The position numbers were made by a program, and so were the translations under genes. Shown here one piece after another: positions 29,149 to 39,116 of a stretch of DNA of 64,000 nucleotides. Within the stretch, counting starts at the first letter, position 1, and each line of letters begins with the position of its first letter. Origin of the DNA: Promethearchaeati archaeon SRVP18_Atabeyarchaeia-1 (lineage in GTDB: Archaea > Asgardarchaeota > Atabeyarchaeia > Atabeyarchaeales > Atabeyarchaeaceae); contig CP147779.1 of NCBI GenBank assembly GCA_037308085.1, positions 608,001-672,000 of the forward strand, given 5' to 3'. Under the pieces are notes generated by a model. The model was not told the DNA's origin. It worked only from the letters and a program-made list of their open reading frames with translations, and ran no database searches.

Positions 29149-29349
29149 TGGCGCCGTGGACCGGATTTTCCCAGCTGAATCATAATGCCATCACGCATCA
29201 GCTGATTTGAACCGGTGCTCCCCCGAAGGGGAACGGGATCTCGAGTCGAGGTGCGCCATCGCGGCACACTGTCCCGCGCCTTAACCGGACATCGCTGGTT
29301 GGTCGATCTTCAAGATTTAGACGACAAGTCAACCTTTGGCTACCACGGC
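29149..29349 (-). tRNA. tRNA-Ser(CGA) with three introns (D-loop ~45 nt, anticodon loop ~26 nt, T-loop ~40 nt)
   Basis: GCCGTGG/CCACGGC-GCCA; CGGGA-CT CGA GA-TCCCG, long variable arm and ACCGG-TTCAAAT-CCGGT are restored after removing three hairpin inserts. Confidence 0.85.
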
Positions 29350-29625
29350 ACCACGTCTAAGGTCTGACCCTCAAGAATAAACTGTCAACCGTAGTATTAA
29401 AACGCTTTCTAAGCAGCGTGACTCTTTCCATTGGACTGATCCACCGGGGATGGCTGCGCATACACACTGAAAGCTGCATTCAACAGTTTCGAACTTCATA
29501 GGCTTAAGTAAGCGTAAGTGGGTGTAGCGGTGCGTAGGATGAGACCCAATTAGGACAAACATAATTAAAGGATCTCAACATTAGCTGTCAGATAGCGAGA
29601 CAATCTCACGCGGGGAGAGCTGCGG

Positions 29626-31188
29626 TTGGGCGAGAGCCAAAGAGCACAAGATGCTGTTCGAACTTTGCTAAGAGCGGGAATTCAGGTAAGCCCCGACGCG
29701 CTGAGCTACCTGGCCGTTCAACCTGATCCTATACAGCTCGCCTCCAAGACACTGGAGGAACTGAACAAGAGGAGTGAAAAGCCGCTTGTCATCACGAGGA
29801 GCATCCTCGAAGGAATTCCCCAGCTGGGTCATGCGAGGCTTATCAGGATAATCGGCTCAAAGGATCTGGAGATTCTCTCTGCTGACAAGCTGGTGGTGGA
29901 AGCGGCACCTTCGATTGAGATTCTGTCACCCCTTTACGAGACATCATCTTCTGAGGGAAAACTCGAGGACTTCATAGCCTATTTCAGGGACAGATACCAG
30001 AAGCTCATGAAGCTATTCAGGGCGAGGAAAGACACCCAAGAAGCCGTCACGGTAAGCATGGCACTGAAACAAGACCATGGCAACGGCGCTGAGAAGCAGA
30101 CACCAGAGAGCAACACTAAGGTGATCGGGCTAGCGACTTCTAAGAAAGTGACCAACAAGGGCTCGATAATCGTGCAACTAGAGGATCCAACTGGGATCAT
30201 ATCTGGCGTGATCTCCTCCAAGAGTGAAAAGCTAGTCGCAAAAGGCTCCAGGATTCTCCTTGATCAAGTTTTCTGCATGGAAGGGGTCTTAAGGGCAGAC
30301 AAATCGATCTCTGTAAGAGACATAACTTGGGCCGACGTACCGTATGATTACAAACCAAGTAAGGCTAAGGACCCGGTATACGCTGTATTAGTATCAGACA
30401 TACACTACGGCAGCACCAAATTCTTGAGAGGGGAATTTGAAGCTTTCATACTCTGGCTCAGAGGAGAAGGAGCTACCGATGAGTCCGCCAGGATAGCCAA
30501 AGGAGTCAGATACTTGGTTATCGCGGGAGACCTAGTCGACGGGCTTGGCGTTTATCCCAACCAAGAAGACGAGCTTGAAGTAAAGGACATTTACGAACAG
30601 TACAGCAAGCTCTCGGAGTATCTGAGAAAGATTCCATCAACTATCGAGATAATCGCTATTCCAGGAAATCATGATGCAACGCGTTTGTCTCTTCCTCAGC
30701 CTCCTATCTCGGAGAAGTACATAGAGCCGATCACGAAGACTTGTAGCACATTCCATATGCTCGGAAACCCAGCCTTCGTCAAGATCCATAATGTGGGCAC
30801 ACTGATCTACCATGGCAAGATAATCGACAATATCCTTTCGACACTTCCAGAGATAAGTAGCAAGACCGTAACTCAAGCGCTTCACGAGCTAATGCGGTGC
30901 AGGCATTTGGCGCCCACCTGGGATCCCGATAATCCAATGACACCAGCAAACGAGGACTTGCTCGTCATGGAGAGAATACCGGATATCTTCCACACCGGTC
31001 ACATACACATTAACGCGGTATCACAGTACAGGGGCGTTCTTGCGGTCAACTCTGGAACCTTCCAGTCCCAAACTTCCTACCAGAAATCGATGGGCGTGAA
31101 GCCTACTCCCGGGCGGGTCGACGTTGTAAATCTGATGACCCTAAAACCCTCTCAGATTCAATTCGCCGGCGAGGCTAGTAATGGCTGA
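29626..31188 (+). CDS. polB: DNA polymerase D small subunit DP1
   Basis: SDIHYGS, AGDLVDG, PGNHD, YHG, RHLAP, HTGHIH, NSGTFQ.QT. Confidence 0.95.
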   Translation: MGESQRAQDAVRTLLRAGIQVSPDALSYLAVQPDPIQLASKTLEELNKRSEKPLVITRSILEGIPQLGHARLIRIIGSKDLEILSADKLVVEAAPSIEILSPLYETSSSEGKLEDFIAYFRDRYQKLMKLFRARKDTQEAVTVSMALKQDHGNGAEKQTPESNTKVIGLATSKKVTNKGSIIVQLEDPTGIISGVISSKSEKLVAKGSRILLDQVFCMEGVLRADKSISVRDITWADVPYDYKPSKAKDPVYAVLVSDIHYGSTKFLRGEFEAFILWLRGEGATDESARIAKGVRYLVIAGDLVDGLGVYPNQEDELEVKDIYEQYSKLSEYLRKIPSTIEIIAIPGNHDATRLSLPQPPISEKYIEPITKTCSTFHMLGNPAFVKIHNVGTLIYHGKIIDNILSTLPEISSKTVTQALHELMRCRHLAPTWDPDNPMTPANEDLLVMERIPDIFHTGHIHINAVSQYRGVLAVNSGTFQSQTSYQKSMGVKPTPGRVDVVNLMTLKPSQIQFAGEASNG

Positions 31189-31197
31189 TTCCACATC

Positions 31198-32457
31198 TCA
31201 GCTTCCCTGGGGCGAGAGCTTGGGAAGATATCTTGAGATGTTCTTTATCGTATCGTCCTCCTCGAGGACTTCCTTAACCTGACTATTCGGCACAGAGAGC
31301 TTTATCATCTTCGTTCTCCCGTAGCGACCTTTACTCTCGACCTTCGCATTAATTATTCCCAGCATATCCAGCTCATTTACTAGATCTCCAACACGCCTCT
31401 GCGTCAGCAAATCCAGTCCCAGATCGCCGCATAGAGTGGCATAGACGTCAAAAACACTGCCAGTGATCACCTCATTCTCGCCACGTTGCTCCAAAACGTA
31501 TATACTGTAAAGAACAAGCTTGGATTGAAGTGGCAGGGTCTTCAGCGTTTCCGTCACTTTGTCGTACTCGATGCAACCTTGGGCTGCACGGACATGCTTC
31601 TCGGTCGTCTGCTGTTCTCCACCCCGCTCGCACAGCTCTCCGGCAACTCTAAGAAGGTCTAAGGCTCTGCGCGCGTCTCCATGCTCTCGCGCAGCTAGGG
31701 CAGCACAAAGGTTTATCACACCATCGTCTAGGACGCCTTCGCGGAAGCCAATCGTAGTTCGCTGTCTGAGAATATCCTGAAGCTCTGTGGCCGTGTACGG
31801 AGGAAAGACGAGCTCCTCCTCACTCAAGCTACTCACAACGCGCGGATCGAGAAGGTCCTTGAACTTCAGATCATTAGATATCCCGACGAGACTTACTCTG
31901 CCCTGCTTCAAGGAAGTATTGACTCTCGTCAAATCATAGAGCACATCGTCTCCGTCCTTCTTTACAAGCATGTCAACTTCATCGAGAACAATAATAATCA
32001 GGACTTTCCGGCCACTGATTCCCTCCACAAACCGGCGGTAAACCTCGTCGGTCGGGAGCCCGGTGAATGGAACATCAAGCCCGATCTCGTTGCAAAGGTT
32101 CGCCAGGACGCGATAGTTCGTGTCCACGACTCTGCAATTCACGTAGGCTGTCCTCAGCTCAGGGATATCCAATTTGGATTCCTTCGTCTTCGCCGACAAG
32201 TGCTTCAGGACATACTTGGCGACGGCCGTCTTACCCGTGCCGGTTTTCCCATAGATGAAGACGTTCGAGGGCGCAGCTCCTCTCAGGGCAGAACTCAATA
32301 TCATCCCCAGGCGTGTGATGTGTTCCTCCCTGTGGGGAAGCTCCTCAGGGACGTAAGTTGACCTTAACACGTCTCTATTCCTGAAGATCGTTGGAGATCT
32401 CAGAAAATTGTCGAAGATAGCATCAAGTGAACCTTTCTCGCCAGCCAAAAGTTCCAA
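31198..32457 (-). CDS. cdc6: Orc1/Cdc6 replication initiator
   Basis: YVPEELPHRE, GKTGTGKT, VLDEVD, GDARRALDLLR, SKGRYGRT. Confidence 0.96.
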   Translation of the reverse strand: MELLAGEKGSLDAIFDNFLRSPTIFRNRDVLRSTYVPEELPHREEHITRLGMILSSALRGAAPSNVFIYGKTGTGKTAVAKYVLKHLSAKTKESKLDIPELRTAYVNCRVVDTNYRVLANLCNEIGLDVPFTGLPTDEVYRRFVEGISGRKVLIIIVLDEVDMLVKKDGDDVLYDLTRVNTSLKQGRVSLVGISNDLKFKDLLDPRVVSSLSEEELVFPPYTATELQDILRQRTTIGFREGVLDDGVINLCAALAAREHGDARRALDLLRVAGELCERGGEQQTTEKHVRAAQGCIEYDKVTETLKTLPLQSKLVLYSIYVLEQRGENEVITGSVFDVYATLCGDLGLDLLTQRRVGDLVNELDMLGIINAKVESKGRYGRTKMIKLSVPNSQVKEVLEEDDTIKNISRYLPKLSPQGS

Positions 32458-32564
32458 GCCCTCTCTTGAACATCTGCTTAAAGTGAGGAGAACATGAGAG
32501 CACGACTAATTATAGTTTTTGGATTACGAAATATGATAATGCAGTAAATTGCCTCCAAACATGT

Positions 32565-32946
32565 TTCACAATTCTGTCGCAGGGAAACCCACACCCTTTA
32601 GGGGTGGGAGCAACTGCGGCGTTGGCGGCGGTCAGATGGCCTGTTTAAGTACTTCCGCCATGAATAGTTCTTTGGGCCCTGGGGCGAGACCGCGCGGGGT
32701 GGCGCCCCCGATGCAAAGAGCCTGAGTCTCTGTTTCCCAGGGTGGATCGTGGTCTCCGAGCTCGGAGACGCGAAGCGTAACCCACCACGCCTGGCGAGGT
32801 GAGCGGGCTGGAAAAGCGCGGCGCGCGAAGGCCCAGGAGTCGCAACTTCCGTAACTGGCTTTCCGGAACCACCGACCCGGCGACGGGCGGACGCAGGGCA
32901 AACGAAACGGAAAGCCCACCGGCTCAAAGCCGTGGGAAGAGGTTAC
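32565..32946 (+). mobile_element. Non-autonomous IS200/IS605-type element with internal structured RNA, copy 2
   Basis: Aligns end to end with 11105-11482; identity stops at TTCAC and GTTAC. Confidence 0.72.
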
Positions 32947-33548
32947 ATCAACGCTATGTAACGGCGTGAATATGTTCAAGGGCTCTCATCGCGGAATCCC
33001 CGAACAGAAGACGCCAACTACGAGGCATGGCCACCTGAGGCAACCTGAATTACCATTGGTGTTTCCACGCGTCCTCCAGCCCCTCGAAGCCAGCTTCGTT
33101 GCAGGGACTCTAGGAGGCTACACCAAGAAGACCGCCCAAATCACAACTGGTTTTCGCGAACGGAGGAGAACATGAGCCAAGTTGGAAACCCCCTGAAGCG
33201 CCCGTTCAGGCCTTCCCCGGATACAGGCAGATCTAAAGGGATTCCACTTGGTACCCTCTATCAGCGGACGACTGCGCGCGGCTTTCGCGCGCCTTTCCAG
33301 CCTTGCGGGTCTTGAACAAGATTCGGGATTTCAGCGCAGAGGAAACATGCCTTGGGACCACTTCGGTCGTTGAATCAGAGGAATGCCCGCAACTGGTGAG
33401 GAGGTTCTCCGACCGATGACTGCGCCAAGGACCTAAGATGAGTTGAAGGAAGACGGCTCCAAGCAGGTAAGGGCACGCGCAGAAGCAAGCGCCCGCATGG
33501 ACGAGGGCGCTGGTGGGAGAAATATAAGGGTACAATAAAACAAGAGCA

Positions 33549-33912
33549 TTCTCCAGTGGAAACGGGGGGGTTAAACGGCTCCGCTTCCCATAAGAAGAAC
33601 GCTAAATCCTCCTCCAAATTCTGCCGGGTGCGCCCCCCAGCAATGCGTTTTGGGAACGGCATTGACAATGTTGGAGAGGTGCTTACAGGGAGCCCTTCGC
33701 TTAGAGGGGACGCCTAGATTTCCACTGGAAAGGCTTCTTTTTCAACGCTTCATCGCGTAGCTAACTTCAAGTATTTAGTTAATCTTATCACACATTATTG
33801 ATAAGTATAGATAAAAGTGCATGTTTTGTACCTTAAGTGGGCTCTCTCGCGAACGGGAGTAGACTCCACCTCCCCACTATCCCTTGCGAACCTCCAGTGG
33901 AAATCACCGGGT
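33549..33912. promoter_or_regulatory. Probable replication origin: ORB boxes flanking an AT-rich unwinding element
   Basis: CTCCAGTGGAAACGGGGGGG (33551-33570), inverted TTTCCACTGGAAA (~33719-33731), CTCCAGTGGAAATC (33892-33905). AT-rich tract ~33765-33835; upstream of cdc6. Confidence 0.85.
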
Positions 33913-33984
33913 CGGGAGATGCACTGGATGCAGCCCTGTAGAATTGCCTTTTTTTGAAGCGCAGGCCGTCCTCAGCCTTTCCAT

Positions 33985-34348
33985 TTTTCTTATGTAACAT
34001 AGTCATAGGTAACCAAGGCGCGTGTCCAGGTCCGGAGAGCGCGTTTTTGCAGTTTACCACCTCCTTCCTTCCTGGTAGGTCCCGGGGATGTTCCCCCTTC
34101 CGGGAGTTGCTGCCGGTCTGGGCCTGCGCTGTTCAGGAGGTAGAGGAGGGTTCGAACTCATTCATCATGACTCCTAGGGGTCGGCGTTACCCCATAGCCC
34201 TTGAACCAGGATTCGAGGCCAAGCGCATTCGGCTCACAAGCCTTCGTCCTGCCAAGACGTAAGGGACTGTACAGGGTCCACTACCGTCCGGACGGCGCAA
34301 GACAGATATAGGTGTCTGGCGTTACCTAAGCCATGTTACATAAGAAAA
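33985..34348. repeat. Pair of ~29-bp inverted repeats with a 16-bp perfect core
   Basis: TTTTCTTATGTAACAT at 33985-34000 and its reverse complement at 34333-34348; each has an adjacent GTTACCTA unit. Confidence 0.7.
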
Positions 34349-34362
34349 GAGGTGTTTAGGGC

Positions 34363-34716
34363 GTGGTGCAACTCGCGGAGATAGTTGGTTTGCTTGCGGA
34401 TAGGAGAAAGCAGATTGCTGAAGAGATGGCTTCTCTCGCGTTGACTGCCGGCATTAATGAAGGCGGGAGCAGGTCTGCTGGTTGTCTACGATTGGAGGAG
34501 GTCTACTGCCTCAAGCATGGCAGAAAATATGGTCCCTACGGTCCATACTATTATCTCTACTTCCACAGAACAAGCGGAATGGAGAAGCTATACCTTGGTA
34601 AGAGCGCGGATCAGTTCGTGGTTCGAAGGGAGGCGTTAGGGCGTTTCGCCGAGCTTGAGGAAGAGTACAAGCACATACTGGGGCTGGAAAGGATCATGTT
34701 AAAAGGTGGCCGGTGA
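34363..34716 (+). CDS. Small DUF6788-like putative DNA-binding protein
   Basis: YGPYYYLYF...KLYLGK motif plus terminal helices. Confidence 0.5.
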   Translation: MVQLAEIVGLLADRRKQIAEEMASLALTAGINEGGSRSAGCLRLEEVYCLKHGRKYGPYGPYYYLYFHRTSGMEKLYLGKSADQFVVRREALGRFAELEEEYKHILGLERIMLKGGR

Positions 34717-34901
34717 GCACGGGATTGGGGAAGATGTTCTTGGGAAGAGATTTGCGAGAATGGTCACGGAGTCGTATACCAACCCTGAACCTGGTGGTGT
34801 GGTGCAAGTCGGACCCTTGAAAAAGTATTTTTATGGGTTTACTCATCGTCTTTACGTGATTCTAATTGTGCTAAGGTCGCGGTGTGGTTAGATTGGTCGG
34901 G

Positions 34902-35666
34902 ATGAAGATTGTGGCTTTGTGCAATCAGAAGGGGGGCGTCGGCAAGACCACTAGTGCCGTTAACCTTAGTGTGGCTGTTGGCATGCTCGGCAGCAAGGTC
35001 TTATTGATCGACTTGGATCCGCAAGCGAATTCATCCGTCATATTCTTTGGTTTTGATGTCTTCAACGCGCAACTCTCGATGTACAATGTTCTCGTTGATG
35101 AGAACGTAGGTGTTCGCGAGGTCCTTAGGCATAGTGAGGAGGGCATTGATGTTCTTCCATCGAACCTGAACCTTGCTGGGGCCGAGCTTGAGCTCACAGG
35201 CTCTATTGCTGGCGAGACCGCCCTTAGGGACAAGCTTGCTGCGGTCCAAGGTGATTATGACTTCGTCTTTATTGACTGCCCTCCTGCCCTGAATATTTTC
35301 ACAGTTAATGCTCTGGTTTCTGCAACCGACGTTTTTGTGTGTGTCCAGCCATCGTTCTTGCCTATGGTTGGGACCGAGCAATTGACGAAAACTATTAAGA
35401 TCGTCAAGGACAGACTTAACAAGCAGCTTAGGATCTCCGGCGTAATTCTTACGATGTGTGATGAGCGTAAGATAATCTCTAGGGAATCAATCAATGAGAT
35501 CAATCGGTATTTTAGTGATGTCGTCTTCGACTCTCGTATTCGTATCGACGTTAAACTTGAGGAGGCACCATCGCATACGAAGTCTATCTTCAAGTACGAT
35601 CCTGGGTCGCGAGGTGCTGAGGACTACATGAGCTTGGCCAAGGAAGTGATTAGACGTGTCCAGTAA
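34902..35666 (+). CDS. parA: ParA/Soj ATPase
   Basis: NQKGGVGKTT, IDLDPQAN, IDCPP, EAPSH. Confidence 0.93.
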   Translation: MKIVALCNQKGGVGKTTSAVNLSVAVGMLGSKVLLIDLDPQANSSVIFFGFDVFNAQLSMYNVLVDENVGVREVLRHSEEGIDVLPSNLNLAGAELELTGSIAGETALRDKLAAVQGDYDFVFIDCPPALNIFTVNALVSATDVFVCVQPSFLPMVGTEQLTKTIKIVKDRLNKQLRISGVILTMCDERKIISRESINEINRYFSDVVFDSRIRIDVKLEEAPSHTKSIFKYDPGSRGAEDYMSLAKEVIRRVQ

Positions 35667-36477
35667 TGACAAGCGCAGGCGATTGGGAAGTAGTGTTCTA
35701 GGGGAATTAGGGAGGTTAGCGCGGAGTTATGGCGTTCAGAAGATCCCAATTAACGAGATCGATCTTGGTGACTCCAAGTTCCGAACGCGTTATGATCTTG
35801 GGGAGAAGCAAATTGCAGAGTTGTCAGAATCGATAAGAAGTGAGGGTCTAATCAATCCCGTCGTTGTTCGACGCAGGGGTGACTCACGATATCAATTGAT
35901 CTCCGGGTTTAGGCGGGTTGAGGCAGTTCGCAAGTTGGGAGAGGAGGCTATCGATGCAATAGTTGTCAGCGTTGACGACGATAAGGCATTTAGGATGGCG
36001 GTTTCTGAGAATCTGAAGAGAAAGAGCCTGACGCCTATCGAGTTGGGCTTGATGTGCGATCGGCTCGTGAAAGAGGGAAGATCGTACGATGAAGTCGGTC
36101 GTCTGATGGGGCTGTCGGCCAAGCAGATCCAGCGTTATCTGCGAACTCTTAAGCTGAGCGAAGACGTAAAGCGCTCCTTGGCCAAAGGTGAGATCAACTT
36201 CTTCACCGCCCTTGAGATTGGAAAACTGGACGACGCTGTCCAGTCAGGCTTGCTGAAAAGAGTCTTGAAGGAAGCCCTGTCCACGAGGGAAGTTGCCCAA
36301 TTGGTCCGAGATATGAGGAAAAGCGAGGGAAAAAGCGACGCGATCGAGGGTCTTCCCAACGTCAGATTCAAGAAGGGACTAGTGATAATCAAGTCAACCG
36401 GCGACGACCTGACAAAAACTCTGAGGATCCTTCTCAACGAAGCAGAGAAAGGCACCATCCAAGAAATCATCGCCTAA
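35656..36477 (+). CDS. parB: ParB/Spo0J partition protein
   Basis: LSESIRSEGLINPVVV, YQLISGFRR, ENLKRKSL, central HTH; overlaps parA. Confidence 0.9.
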   Translation: MSSNDKRRRLGSSVLGELGRLARSYGVQKIPINEIDLGDSKFRTRYDLGEKQIAELSESIRSEGLINPVVVRRRGDSRYQLISGFRRVEAVRKLGEEAIDAIVVSVDDDKAFRMAVSENLKRKSLTPIELGLMCDRLVKEGRSYDEVGRLMGLSAKQIQRYLRTLKLSEDVKRSLAKGEINFFTALEIGKLDDAVQSGLLKRVLKEALSTREVAQLVRDMRKSEGKSDAIEGLPNVRFKKGLVIIKSTGDDLTKTLRILLNEAEKGTIQEIIA

Positions 36478-36509
36478 AGCTCCAGCGCCAGAGGGTATCT
36501 ATCACCGCG

Positions 36510-37801
36510 CGTTCTGTTACCTCTGCGGTTGGCGAGTTTAAATAAGATTCCTTACTTGTCTAGTTCTATGCAGGCAGTTAAGGTGGTTCAAATACCATAC
36601 GAGCCTAGAGGCGGCGTACTTAGTCTACTCGAAGCTTTCAGGAGCATGGTCAACTGCTGCATCTGCGTCGGTCTGGAAAAGAGTGTGACATCGAGGTTCA
36701 GCCTCCAAAGCGAGGTCTACCACCAGCTAAGCGGCTTCGGTCTCCACACCTGGTACAGCCTCTCAGCCATCGAGGCTGCCACCGCCATTTTGAAGAACTA
36801 CCGGAAAGCAAAAAGAAGGCACGAGAATATTCGAGTGCCGAGAGCCACGAAGCTTATGGCTAAACTGGGAAACCAAGCCTACAGAGTCGTAGACGGCAAG
36901 CTGAGAATACCAATTAAGCCGAGAGAGTATTTCTACGTCCCCTCCACAAGAGGGCGGCGCAGTTCCTATCGAACGCCAAGCTCAAGCTAGGCTCAATAAC
37001 CTTGACCGCTTGCACGGTATCAGTGGTCTTCTCAAAGACCGCTAAGATTACTGAACCAGGGAGCTATGTAGCGTATGACACGAATGAACGCTCAATAGAT
37101 GGAGCCTACGTAAGAGAAGGTGGAGAACTGACCGTTGAAAGCCACGACTTGTCAATGGTTTCAGAGGTCAGACACGGCTACTTTGAACGTGTGCGACGGA
37201 TCCAAGCTAAGTACGCGAAGGATAGGCGGGTGGCGAAGAAGATTCAGGGAAGATGGTTCGCTAACCAGAACAACAAGGTTAACACGATCCTGCACCAGGT
37301 GAGTTCAGCGATAGTTACGCAAGCGAAAACCAGAGGGGACGGTATCATCCTCGAAGAACTGAAACATGTACGCAGGACAAATAAACAGGAAAGCCCTAGG
37401 CTTCAACAGTTTCAATGGGAAGATTCAGATGATCAGCACGCACTCTAAGAGGTTGAGGCGGAGGCTCAACTCGTGGGGCTTCAGAAAGCTGCAAGGCTTC
37501 ATCGAGTATAAGGCTCTCTGGGGAGGAGTCAAAGTTGTCAAAGTAAACCCTCGGAACACTTCTAGGGTGTGCGCGGTGTGTGGGTGCGTCATGCAAGACC
37601 CGAAAGCAAGAACCCTAGAATGCTGCGGGATAGGTCGCCACGTGAATGCTTGCCTGAATATGCTTAGAATCCAGGATGAAAGCCTGTGGTTCAGGCTGGA
37701 TCGCTCCGCACGTGTAGCCGTGATTAGTCCCCTAAGAAGGGCTATGAGCCAAAGCGGAGAAGCCAACCCAAACGGTTATTAACCGCAGAGGTAACGGAAC
37801 C
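36510..37801 (+). mobile_element. tnpB-only element with IS6-type TIRs and 8-bp TSD
   Basis: Ends CGTTCTGTTACCTCTGCGGTT and AACCGCAGAGGTAACGGAACC; flanks TCACCGCG (36502-36509) and TCAGCGCG (37802-37809). Confidence 0.88.
36568..37782 (+). pseudogene. tnpB: TnpB RNA-guided nuclease, frameshifted near 36940 and 37375
   Basis: Three ORF pieces align in order with the intact copy at 47239-48465. Confidence 0.9.
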
Positions 37802-37818
37802 TCAGCGCGTATACTGTT

Positions 37819-38391
37819 TTGTATACGGGTGAAGATACCTTGAACGATGAGATTTCTGAGTCTGAATCAGCCGCAGAATCCTTCAGGAAGCTCTTCTACG
37901 ACCCTATTGTGAGGAAACTTCTGAAGAATTCTGATCTTACGAGAATTCAATTTGAGACGATTTTGATCAATTTTGTCTACGATGAGACCGTCGGCAAGGA
38001 CGGAGGGATGTATGACGAGAAGGGGCACGCTAGGACCTTGAAGAAAAGCTCTAAGGCTTGGGGAGCCAGTTCCTACTCGAAGGGTGTCTCCAGAGGCGCA
38101 TTTCGCCGAGTTCTATTTCAAGCGTGTAGAAACGTTATGCGTTCCATATACACTCTCTTTCTCCTCGGATACGTTGGAATTCTGGATACACCCGGGTTGC
38201 ATGCTTATATTGAGTTGTCGGAGATGGTGACACAGTATAAGAAGAAGAATGAGGAAGCCCAGGTAGATGGTTCGGCGACAAACAGTCCCAAGGGCGCGCC
38301 CATGAGGCTCTTGGAGAAAAGCTTGCTCAAAATGATCGATCAATATGCCTCCCCATTCAATGTCTTAGGCAAGACAAGAAGCGGAGACTAA
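37819..38391 (+). CDS. Hypothetical protein, probably helical/DNA-binding
   Basis: 190-aa ORF; VSRGAFRRVL..A..NV.RSIYTLFLLGYVG looks like a conserved archaeal family. Confidence 0.65.
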   Translation: MYTGEDTLNDEISESESAAESFRKLFYDPIVRKLLKNSDLTRIQFETILINFVYDETVGKDGGMYDEKGHARTLKKSSKAWGASSYSKGVSRGAFRRVLFQACRNVMRSIYTLFLLGYVGILDTPGLHAYIELSEMVTQYKKKNEEAQVDGSATNSPKGAPMRLLEKSLLKMIDQYASPFNVLGKTRSGD

Positions 38392-38513
38392 GAATCAATT
38401 GCAGTGGTTAGATCAACAGCGAACGCGTCGAGCGAAGAATGCTCGCAAGCCCAAATTCACTCTCAGTATCAAGACAATTGCGGCACCTCTTTTGGCAGGA
38501 GTGTGAACAATGA

Positions 38514-39083
38514 ATGTTCCAGTTGCCCCGACCGGAAGATATCAGAAGAATGAGGAAGGAAGCAAGGCTAACTCAGGTTGGGCTTGCAAAGCTTGCGAGG
38601 GTTAGCCAATCACTTATCGCCAGGATAGAATCAGGGACTGTTGATCCTAGGATATCCACACTCAGGAGGGTTCTCGAAGTTATCAACCAGAGCAATATTG
38701 GCAAGGCACCAAGGTCTACTGTTTCTCAAGTGATGTGTTCCCCAGTGATTTCTGTTCAAGCTGCAGACTCGGTGCGCTCTGCCATCGAAGTCATGGAGAA
38801 AGACGGTGTTTCCCAGCTACCTGTCATCAAGGACGGCGCCATAGTAGGCACAGTTAGCGAGGCCACAATAGTTCGTCACTTTGGCGAGAATGTGTACAAC
38901 TCTACCGTAAATGAAATCATGGACGAGAGCATGGCTGTCGTGCCACCCTCAACGGGTGTTGACGAAGCCTACGAACTAATGTCCAGAGGATACCCTGCTG
39001 TCCTAGTCGTGGACAAGGGAAAAATCGTTGGCATAGTCACGAAAATCGACCTCATAGCCCACCAGTCACGTCGCAGAGAGTAG
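38514..39083 (+). CDS. XRE-HTH plus tandem CBS transcriptional regulator
   Basis: LTQVGLAKLARVSQSLIARIESG.VDPRIST followed by two CBS repeats. Confidence 0.9.
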   Translation: MFQLPRPEDIRRMRKEARLTQVGLAKLARVSQSLIARIESGTVDPRISTLRRVLEVINQSNIGKAPRSTVSQVMCSPVISVQAADSVRSAIEVMEKDGVSQLPVIKDGAIVGTVSEATIVRHFGENVYNSTVNEIMDESMAVVPPSTGVDEAYELMSRGYPAVLVVDKGKIVGIVTKIDLIAHQSRRRE

Positions 39084-39116
39084 CTTAGCACAATCCATCA
39101 GCCACCAGAGAGTTCT

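Noticed and set aside
32966-34262. Short ORFs across the origin region
   Set aside because: No motifs, mutually overlapping, and they cross the ORB boxes; likely spurious.
36529-37782. Three separate genes or programmed frameshifting in tnpB copy 1
   Set aside because: The pieces are colinear with the intact copy and differ by small indels, consistent with decay.
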